From Eubacteriales bacterium (lineage in GTDB: Bacteria; Bacillota; Clostridia; Christensenellales; CAG-917): a DNA stretch of 64,000 nucleotides. Every line of letters begins with the position of its first letter. Positions within the stretch are counted from its first letter, which is position 1. The notes under the pieces were generated by a model. That model saw nothing but the letters and a program-made list of their open reading frames with translations. It did no database searches and was not told the DNA's origin. The position numbers were made by a program, and so were the translations under genes. The stretch spans positions 1,596 through 65,595 of the forward strand of contig DAOTKC010000005.1 of the NCBI GenBank assembly GCA_035449045.1, given 5' to 3'. This document shows, piece after piece, positions 27,703 through 34,509 of this stretch.

Positions 27703-27761
27703 AATTCTAAAGCATTATCTTATTTTATCGCCAAAAAATTGCGATACCTATCTTGTTTTTC

Positions 27762-28994
27762 TTACCATTTCCCGATAATATATTTTATTTCGTCGAACAG
27801 TGTAGATTTTGGGACATCCTTAATTAAAACGAGCGCCACTTCGTCAACCACTACACCGTTCTTTAAGACAATCGCCTTACCCGCGATTTCGCCAGCCTTC
27901 ATCGGCGCGGCCACGAAATCGGGAACCTCGTATTTCACTGTGACGTCGGGGTTGTCGCCGCGTTTCACTATCGCCGCGATGGTGCGCTCGGGAACTAAGC
28001 CTGCCGTCTTCTCCTTGCCCTTTTTAACCGCTATTTCGGCGGCGACTTGGCTTCTTTCCAAAAGCACTTTATTTTCGAAATTGGCGAATCCGTCATTTAA
28101 GAGCTTGGACGCTTCGGCAAAGCGAACTTTGCTGTTTTCGGCGCCGATTATGACGGAAATCAGGCGCATTCCGCCCCGCTCAGCCGTCGCCGACACGCAG
28201 AACATCGCCTCGTTTGTGAAGCCCGTTTTGCCGCCGTCACAACCTTTATAAAACCGCACTAACTTGTTGGTGTTGGTCATCACCGTTTCGCGCCCGTCGG
28301 GATGGACATAGTTTTCAAGCCATATATGCGAAAACTCGAAATATCCCTTATGCTTTATGAGCGCGGCTGTCATAATGGCGACGTCTTTCGCCGAGGAATA
28401 CTGCTCGGGCGCGGGCAGTCCGGTGCAGGTGGCGAAATGGGTGTTGCTCATGCCGAGCTCTTTTGCGCGCTTGTTCATGAGAGCGACAAAACCCTCTTCG
28501 CTGCCCGCAATAGCTTCCGCCATCGCCACGCTGGCGTCGTTTGCCGAGCAAATGACGATGCTCTTCAGTAGATTCCGAAGTTTATGGGTGGTGTTTGCCG
28601 ATAAGAATACTTGGGATCCGCCCATGCCTGCCGCCGTATCGCTGACGGATATATCGCTGTCCAAATTAAATCTTCCATTTCCCATCTCCTCATAAATAAT
28701 GAGCGTCGTCATGATTTTGACCATGCTGGCGATGGGCAGCCGCGCGTTTTCGTTTTGCGAAAACATAACAGTGCCGCCCGAAGCGTCGGTCAGATAGGCG
28801 GACTTCGCCCTGACGCCGGCGGGCGCCGCCGTCTTCACAATGTCGACCGCTTCACCGCCGCCTGCGCGCATTAAATCCGCCGCTTCGGCGTATTGCCCGC
28901 TTGCGGAAACGATGCAAACCGAAAGAACAAGCGTCAAAATAAGCATTAAAGCGGCCAACAGCGCGGCGAATTTTCTGTTTAATTTATTTTCCAT
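27762..28994 (-). CDS. D-alanyl-D-alanine carboxypeptidase (S11, PBP5-type with C-terminal domain)
   Basis: 410 aa with a signal peptide, and SMVK, SAND and KTGFT motifs. Confidence 0.85.
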   Translation of the reverse strand: MENKLNRKFAALLAALMLILTLVLSVCIVSASGQYAEAADLMRAGGGEAVDIVKTAAPAGVRAKSAYLTDASGGTVMFSQNENARLPIASMVKIMTTLIIYEEMGNGRFNLDSDISVSDTAAGMGGSQVFLSANTTHKLRNLLKSIVICSANDASVAMAEAIAGSEEGFVALMNKRAKELGMSNTHFATCTGLPAPEQYSSAKDVAIMTAALIKHKGYFEFSHIWLENYVHPDGRETVMTNTNKLVRFYKGCDGGKTGFTNEAMFCVSATAERGGMRLISVIIGAENSKVRFAEASKLLNDGFANFENKVLLERSQVAAEIAVKKGKEKTAGLVPERTIAAIVKRGDNPDVTVKYEVPDFVAAPMKAGEIAGKAIVLKNGVVVDEVALVLIKDVPKSTLFDEIKYIIGKW

Positions 28995-29319
28995 ATCGGT
29001 CTCCTCAACTTTTATGTAGGCGCATCAGGAGGATTTTCGCAAATAATTTTTATGTAGGAACATTGAAGAAGAATTAAAGTTAAAAACAAAATAAAGTTCT
29101 AACGATATCCGAATTTGCGGCACAAAGCCCAAGTCAATTTATGTAGAAAGAATTTCTAAAAATAAGAAAGATTTTCTAAAAATAGTTTAAAGCCCCGCGC
29201 CGCTTTTATTCAAAGCACTTTTAAGCTCTGCCAAAGATTTTGCTATTTTTACTCTATATTCTCGGGCGTTAGACAAAATACACAGTTTAAATACTTAAAA
29301 TTTAAGCTATCATTTAAGT

Positions 29320-29742
29320 GTGGATAGCGCATTCAGCAGCAGCAAGCCGAGCGGCGATTTTTTATATTTGCCTCACGAACGCGAGGAAGCGGATATTTTG
29401 CGCCTTAAAAAGGCCGTTCATCGTTATTTGCTCGAAATGGGGTTTATGCCTTTAAAATACGGCTTTTTTATGCTGCAACACATTCTGACTAAAGGGCTTT
29501 TAGGCGAAAAAATTCTGCCTCTCAACACCGCTGCTTATAAAGAGCTGTCCCAAACCACGGCGCGGAGCGTCGCGGCAATCGAAAAAGATATCCAAAATTC
29601 CATTTCCGACGCCTGGCTTCGCGGAAAAATTGAGCTTCTATATCGTGATTTCGGCGAAACAATCGACATGAGGCGCGGCAAACCCACCAACAAGCATTTC
29701 ATTTTAACCGTTATTGAATTTTTAAAGTTCAGGATAAACTGA
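29320..29742 (+). CDS. Stand-alone Spo0A C-terminal (effector/DNA-binding) domain protein, no receiver domain
   Basis: TTARSVAAIEKDIQNSISDAWLRGKIELLYRDFGETIDMRRGKPTNKHFILTVIEFL parallels B. subtilis Spo0A [54 protein letters not shown]. The track start is a GTG without an SD. A TTG at 29398, preceded by GAGGAAG 8 nt upstream, is a plausible alternative start. Confidence 0.75.
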   Translation: MDSAFSSSKPSGDFLYLPHEREEADILRLKKAVHRYLLEMGFMPLKYGFFMLQHILTKGLLGEKILPLNTAAYKELSQTTARSVAAIEKDIQNSISDAWLRGKIELLYRDFGETIDMRRGKPTNKHFILTVIEFLKFRIN

Positions 29743-29798
29743 CTTAGTCTGGCGCGCAAATTCGACATATTTTGACCTTGCGTTGAATATGCTTTTAT

Positions 29799-30371
29799 AT
29801 GAAATTTTGGCGCCGCGTCAACTGCATTTTAAAGGATTTTTACCAAGGCTTCATCGTTCAGTTTAAAAATATTTATTTTTGGCTTTCGATGCTTGCCATT
29901 CTCGGTATAATCTTGGGGATTGTCTTGACCGCGACAAGTAAATATGCCTTCGAGGAATATGAGCGGCGAATCGGCGCGGGACCGGTGTTTTTCAGCACAT
30001 TTTTCATGCTTTTGGCATTCTACACCGTCATTTTATTTTCGGGAATCAACGGTTTTTTAACATTTTTATCTTATTTGAGCGTCTTTATCGCGGGCGCAAG
30101 GTTCGGTTATATTTCGGCAGTCCTCTTCGGCGCCTGCGGCGGCCTAGGCATTGTAAATTTCTTTTTGATTTATCTGCCCATTTATGTCATTTCAATCTTT
30201 CTTCTGATAACCGCCATCGCTTTAATGAGCCCCTATAAAGGCTTCATCGAATGCAAAAGAATGTTCAACAAGCTCTTTCAGCGTGTTTTGGTGATATTCA
30301 CTATCAATACTCTCGGCTTAGTCTTTTTCAACTTCATCGTCGGCGCCTTTTTCAAAGTTTTAGTCATATAA
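29799..30371 (+). CDS. Polytopic (~5 TM) membrane protein, possibly SpoIIM/DUF95-like
   Basis: 190 aa, hydrophobic, with an architecture loosely reminiscent of SpoIIM. No SD lies upstream of the ATG. The assignment is tentative. Confidence 0.5.
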   Translation: MKFWRRVNCILKDFYQGFIVQFKNIYFWLSMLAILGIILGIVLTATSKYAFEEYERRIGAGPVFFSTFFMLLAFYTVILFSGINGFLTFLSYLSVFIAGARFGYISAVLFGACGGLGIVNFFLIYLPIYVISIFLLITAIALMSPYKGFIECKRMFNKLFQRVLVIFTINTLGLVFFNFIVGAFFKVLVI

Positions 30372-30374
30372 AAT

Positions 30375-30417
30375 CCTTGTCACTGAGCGAAGCGTAAGCC
30401 TCTCGCGGGGCGAAAAA
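30375..30417. repeat. Intergenic repeat, family 2 (copy 2)
   Basis: CCTTGTCACTGAGCGAAGCGTAAGCCTCTCGCGGGGCGAAAAA aligns with 20662..20710. Confidence 0.7.
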
Positions 30418-30421
30418 TTAT

Positions 30422-30460
30422 GAACGAAAAACGCTCAACGAAAAACGAATAACTGAGGGG
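30422..30460. repeat. Family 1 repeat, left inverted end of a MITE-like unit
   Basis: GAACGAAAAACGCTCAACGAAAAACGAATAACTGAGGGG. Its first ~24 nt are the reverse complement of 30619..30643. Confidence 0.75.
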
Positions 30461-30616
30461 AATGGAGATAAAAGTTAAACCAATTTTTATTTAAGTATTA
30501 ATAGTAAAATATAGCTAAACATTTAAGATAGATAGTTTTTTCGGCACACCTACACCGCTACCAGAGTTTTTCGATTTAAATTTCGTTGATCATTGATTTC
30601 ATCACCATTCAATCAA

Positions 30617-30643
30617 CAGTTTTTGTTGAGCGTTTTTCGTTAT
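30617..30643. repeat. Family 1 repeat, right inverted end of a MITE-like unit
   Basis: CAGTTTTTGTTGAGCGTTTTTCGTTAT is the reverse complement of the left end with 1-2 mismatches. Confidence 0.75.
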
Positions 30644-30646
30644 ATC

Positions 30647-30937
30647 TTAACATTCCGGCGGAGAATCGGGAGAATCGGTAGAAAGGATGCCGGCGTTGAC
30701 GCCGACCAGCTCGACCAGCACGGTATCGGCGCCGAATTTAACAATTCTGTTCCAAGGTATGAAAATGCTGTCGGACGAGGACAAGTTTTTAAAGAACTTT
30801 TTGCAACCCGGGACGATTATTCCCAAGACCTTGCCGAAACAGGAAAACTCGACATCGCAAACTCTGCCGAGCTGTCTGCCGTCGCAGATATTGACAACTA
30901 TTTTCTCGCGAAGCTCCAAAAAGGTATAGTTCTTCAA
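30647..30937 (-). CDS. ylmC: YlmC/YmxH-family sporulation protein (PRC barrel)
   Basis: 96 aa. The FLELREKIVVNICDGRQLGRVCDVEF...LGIIVPG pattern fits, as does the position downstream of sigG, as in Bacillus. Confidence 0.8.
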   Translation of the reverse strand: MKNYTFLELREKIVVNICDGRQLGRVCDVEFSCFGKVLGIIVPGCKKFFKNLSSSDSIFIPWNRIVKFGADTVLVELVGVNAGILSTDSPDSPPEC

Positions 30938-31205
30938 AATCCGACCTCAACAGAATATATGCCGAATATTTCAAAATATGACAAAATTTTTAATCAAAAG
31001 TATTCTAATTTACCTTCATTTCTAACATACTTCTCTAATTTTTGCACTAATTTATAATACTTTTGCGTCGAATTTTATTTTCTTTAGGGATCTTGCGAGG
31101 CAGTAAAAACGCCTTTAAATGATGAAAGCAATGGTTGAGAATAAGCAATTGCGCAAACAATTAATCACAGGGCGCGATTATAAGATGGATGCAAGGCTCA
31201 AAACT

Positions 31206-31236
31206 TCCCCATTGAATGCTTGCATTCAATGGGGGA
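31206..31236 (-). terminator. Hairpin terminator downstream of sigG (CCCCATTGA palindrome)
   Basis: CCCCATTGAATGC-tt-GCATTCAATGGGG, followed on the minus strand by AAGTTTTGAG. Confidence 0.5.
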
Positions 31237-31330
31237 CTCGATAATATCGCGGGACAGGCGCCAATTAAAATACGCAACTGCGCCGCGACGCCGGCAGTAA
31301 ATGCGGCAATGCGTTTATAAGCGCGCCCTG

Positions 31331-32104
31331 TCAGTGCATGTATTTGCGGAGATACTCAATGCCCGACTTTTCCAGTCGCGATACCTGCGCCTGCGAAATG
31401 CCCACCATTTTGGATATTTCCATCTGCGTTTTGCCATGGTAATAACGAAGCGCTAAAATTTCCTTTTCGCGCTCGGGCACCTTTTTGATGGCTTCCGAAA
31501 GCTCTAAGCTTTCAATCCAGTTTTCGGGCGAGTTTTTTTCGTCGGCTATTTGGTCGGAAAGTAAGATTGTGTCCTCTTCGTCGGAATATATCGGTTCGGA
31601 AAAGGAAACCGGCTCGGAGATGGCATCGAGGGCGCACGCTATTTCGGAGATGGGCACCGCTATTTCTTCGGCTATTTCAAACAGCGTCGGGTATCCCCCG
31701 TTTTTGCTGTTGGATATTTCCTCCTTGGCCTTCAACGCCCTATACGCCGTGTCGCGGAGGTTTCTGCTGACCTTGATGCCCGTTCTGTCGCGGAGAAATC
31801 GCCTTATTTCCCCTATTATCATGGGCACGGCGTAGGTTGAAAACCGCACTTCAAGCGTGGTATCGAAATTTGCAATCGCTTTCATCAGGCCAACGCAACC
31901 TACCTGAAAGAGGTCGTCGGGGTTTTCGTCGCTGTTTTTAAACCTCCCCACTATGCTCAGAACAAGCCGCATATTCGCCTTTATAAACAGTTCTCTTGCA
32001 TCTTCGTCGCCTTCTTTTATCTTGTGAATTAAATTTTCGCATTCTTTCGCGCTCAGTTTGGGAAGCTCGGATGTGTTTACGCCGGTGATTTCGACTTTGT
32101 TCAT
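31331..32104 (-). CDS. sigG: Sporulation sigma factor SigG
   Basis: 257 aa. MNKVEITGVNTSELPKL...NMRLVLSIVGRF...DDLFQVGCVGLMKAIANFD closely parallels B. subtilis SigG. It lies downstream of sigE. Confidence 0.9.
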   Translation of the reverse strand: MNKVEITGVNTSELPKLSAKECENLIHKIKEGDEDARELFIKANMRLVLSIVGRFKNSDENPDDLFQVGCVGLMKAIANFDTTLEVRFSTYAVPMIIGEIRRFLRDRTGIKVSRNLRDTAYRALKAKEEISNSKNGGYPTLFEIAEEIAVPISEIACALDAISEPVSFSEPIYSDEEDTILLSDQIADEKNSPENWIESLELSEAIKKVPEREKEILALRYYHGKTQMEISKMVGISQAQVSRLEKSGIEYLRKYMH

Positions 32105-32476
32105 AGTGTTTATCTCCTTTTTTCTTATGTAAGCGGATTTACTTTGAACAAATAGTCGTTCGGGCTTGCGGCGTGGGCGGTTAGCATTTTCCCACTGGTT
32201 TTATTTAACCACGCAATCCGGCTTACTTGCCGCCGAATGCAATTCGGTCGATAAGTCAATCTGCCGTTTTCTTCATTTCATAATTTAGCCGCAAAAAAAT
32301 TACACTTTGGCTTTAAAATTATGGGTTGAGGACGAGAGTATGTAGCCTTGATTTAGTTTTTGAAATTAAATGAAGATAATAGAAAAAGTGGTTTTCCAAA
32401 TTTTTTTTTTAAAAAATAATAAGTTGTAGGTATTAAAGGCTAAATTTCTTAGGCATAAGTAACACTGACCGCTCAG

Positions 32477-33190
32477 TCATACCAGCTTCGCTATTTCTTT
32501 TTTCAGTTTGCTGACGATTTTTTTCTCAAGGCGGGATATGTAGGATTGGGATATGCCCATCATTTCGGCGATTTCCTTTTGCGTCTTCTCTTCCTCGCCG
32601 TAGAGCCCGAATCTAAGCGCCACTATCTTTCTGTCGCGCTCGGGCAGTTTGTCGAAAGTCAACTTGAGCATTTCGCGCTCGGCGCTGCTTTCGACCTCAC
32701 GGTATATTATGTCGCTTTCGGTGCCGAGTATGTCGGAAAGCAGTAAAACGTTTCCGTCCCAGTCGACATTTAGCGGTTCTTCGAGGGATATTTCCGCTTT
32801 TATGCGCACCATCTTCCTAAGATGCATCAAAATCTCGTTCTCAATGCACCGCGAGGCATATGTCGCGAGTTTGATGTTTTTGTCCTTATCGAAGGAGTTT
32901 ACCGCCTTAATGAGCCCTATTGTTCCCACCGAAACCAAGTCCTCAAGCTCGATGCCGGTATTTTCAAAGCGTTTGGCTATATAGACGACCAGCCTCAAAT
33001 TCCGCTCTATTAACAGCAGCCGCGCTTCTTCGGAGCCCAATTGCAGTTTTTCAACAATCTCGTTCTCTTCCTCGGGCGAAAGCGGAGCGGGCAAAGCCTC
33101 GCCGCTTGTTATGTAGTCAACCTCGGCCTTAGGCTTGGCAAGGTCAAAAAGCCGGATGAATTTTAATATTAACTGCAAAAGTTTTCTCAT
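32477..33190 (-). CDS. sigE: Sporulation sigma factor SigE (pro-sigma E)
   Basis: 237 aa with an N-terminal pro-sequence, then [10 protein letters not shown]...[39 protein letters not shown]. It lies downstream of spoIIGA. Confidence 0.92.
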   Translation of the reverse strand: MRKLLQLILKFIRLFDLAKPKAEVDYITSGEALPAPLSPEEENEIVEKLQLGSEEARLLLIERNLRLVVYIAKRFENTGIELEDLVSVGTIGLIKAVNSFDKDKNIKLATYASRCIENEILMHLRKMVRIKAEISLEEPLNVDWDGNVLLLSDILGTESDIIYREVESSAEREMLKLTFDKLPERDRKIVALRFGLYGEEEKTQKEIAEMMGISQSYISRLEKKIVSKLKKEIAKLV

Positions 33191-33392
33191 ATCCCCACCT
33201 TATTATAAGCGCTCGCTCTATCGTTTACCTTTGGCTTGCCGCTCTTGGTTTGCGGTCACTTAAAATCGCTCTTCCGCTAATTTTCGGGACAATATATTTA
33301 GCGCGCCGACTATGCCTTAAATATGTTCTTAACATTTTTCTTAAGTAATTTCGCTTTAAGATTGGTTATTGTTCTTTTCTGCTTTTATTCGC

Positions 33393-34169
33393 TCAAGCGG
33401 CGTTGGGCATAAGCGCGCAGTTTAAAATGACGTCGTAGTCCTTTTTTATCTCCGAAACGGTTGCAAGCACATTTGAGAGTTCGATTTCACGTTCTTTTTC
33501 GGCGATTTTAAGGCCGCTGATGCTGACAAGCGGCAAAACTTTCTCGCCCGTCACCGTTTTCACACTGATTTCGCCGCGCCGCTCGGCCTCGGCCGCCTCC
33601 AAGACCTTTTGAGATATCACTATTACGGGCTTAAGCGTGCAGAAGTCGAAAAGTGTGTTGCCGGTGTCCCAAAACCCTGTAAACTCCCTTGCTCCGCATC
33701 CTGTATGTATAATGATTTTCACTGTTTCGTGCCGCGCGCTTTCGGTGTGTTTAATTTTGAGCTGTCTGATAAAATACGCCGTAAACAAACCCGCAAGCGC
33801 GATAAGGCCCAAAATGCCGGTGTTGGTATTGAGTCCGCCGATAAAAAGTCCTAAGCCGTAGACGACGCCGCCGAAGGCGAATGTTACGGCGACAAAGCTT
33901 ACCGTAGTCAAAAGATAGCCTTTAAAGCTTTTAAATCCGCCGAAAATGACAGGTAATAGCAGCGCGACACCAACTTTGTATAAGAATAATAGAAAGGTTT
34001 TTTCGATGTAGAGGACGGGAAAGGCCAGTGCGGCGCCGACAGCCGACGCCAAGACCATTCGCCACTTTTTTACCCTAGTATTGAGAACGCAGAAGGAAAC
34101 AAGATAAATCAAAAAGAGATTTACCAGCATGTTATCGAATAGAACCGCTTCGATGTAAACCGTCAACAC
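33393..34169 (-). CDS. spoIIGA: Sigma-E processing aspartic peptidase SpoIIGA
   Basis: 258 aa with five N-terminal TM helices and the FWDTGNTL (DTGN) motif. GTG start. Confidence 0.88.
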   Translation of the reverse strand: MLTVYIEAVLFDNMLVNLFLIYLVSFCVLNTRVKKWRMVLASAVGAALAFPVLYIEKTFLLFLYKVGVALLLPVIFGGFKSFKGYLLTTVSFVAVTFAFGGVVYGLGLFIGGLNTNTGILGLIALAGLFTAYFIRQLKIKHTESARHETVKIIIHTGCGAREFTGFWDTGNTLFDFCTLKPVIVISQKVLEAAEAERRGEISVKTVTGEKVLPLVSISGLKIAEKEREIELSNVLATVSEIKKDYDVILNCALMPNAA

Positions 34170-34185
34170 ATGATCCTCGAGAACT

Positions 34186-34212
34186 ATTATAGGCCGTTTT
34201 TTTGTCGAAATA
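34186..34212 (-). promoter_or_regulatory. Candidate spoIIG promoter: consensus -10 plus adjacent Spo0A (0A) box
   Basis: On the minus strand, TATAAT (34191..34186) has 16 nt between it and the GTG start. The 0A box reads TTTGTCGAAA on the plus strand at 34201..34210 (core TGTCGAA at 34203..34209), 11 bp from the -10. No good -35 is present, as expected for an activator-dependent promoter. Confidence 0.45.
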
Positions 34213-34225
34213 TTTCCGTTTGATA

Positions 34226-34282
34226 AATTAACGAATAACTAAAACGAGTAAGGAATAATGGTGGAAACGGCGCGGATGAGCC
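34226..34282. repeat. Family 1 repeat (copy C, left arm)
   Basis: AATTAACGAATAACTAAAACGAGTAAGGAATAATGGTGGAAACGGCGCGGATGAGCC resembles copy A (CGAATAATTGTGGATAGGCGGCGC). Confidence 0.7.
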
Positions 34283-34374
34283 AAAATACTACAAATCTTA
34301 GCTTTTTGGACTGTCATTTTTATTATTTATTCTTATATGATAAATTTAATTTATAGTTCTCAACATTAATCCAT

Positions 34375-34471
34375 CCTCAGTTTTTCGTTTTTAGTTTTTA
34401 GTTGATCGTTGGTTCTCATCACCCCTCCAACCTCAATTATTCATTATTAATTATTCATTATTCGTTAAATT
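34375..34471. repeat. Family 1 repeat (copy C, right arm, inverted)
   Basis: CCTCAGTTTTTCGTTTTTAGTTTTTAG...CCTCAATTATTCATTATTAATTATTCATTATTCGTTAAATT. The terminal TTATTCGTTAAATT is inverted relative to AATTAACGAATAA at 34226. Confidence 0.7.
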
Positions 34472-34497
34472 AAAAGCCCCGCAACTGCGGGGCTTTT
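34472..34497 (-). terminator. Rho-independent terminator downstream of ftsZ
   Basis: AAAAGCCCCGC-aact-GCGGGGCTTTT, with a U-tract on the minus strand (TTTTAATTT). Confidence 0.8.
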
Positions 34498-34509
34498 GAT
34501 TGTTATCGG

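Noticed and set aside
27433-27761. Possible lysine riboswitch (L-box) in the 329-bp leader of lysA
   Set aside because: I read the gene-strand leader and could not find the conserved L-box core segments or the multi-helix junction. The region is mostly AT-rich, and the only strong hairpin (27673..27702) is the terminator of the upstream gene. An Rfam scan would settle it.
30593-31057. 154-aa plus-strand ORF overlapping ylmC
   Set aside because: It is antisense to a well-conserved YlmC/YmxH sequence and begins inside the MITE-like repeat. It has no SD and a nonsense-like sequence.
31119-31244. 41-codon plus-strand ORF (MMKAMVENKQLRKQLITGRDYKMDARLKTSPLNACIQWGTR) in the sigG-ylmC spacer
   Set aside because: It has no SD, runs through the palindromic terminator and has no recognisable features. 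It is probably non-coding.
32401-32416. T10-A6 homopolymer junction as a phase-variation switch
   Set aside because: It is intergenic and not positioned between recognisable -35/-10 elements or inside a CDS. It is more likely just an AT-rich spacer or curved DNA.
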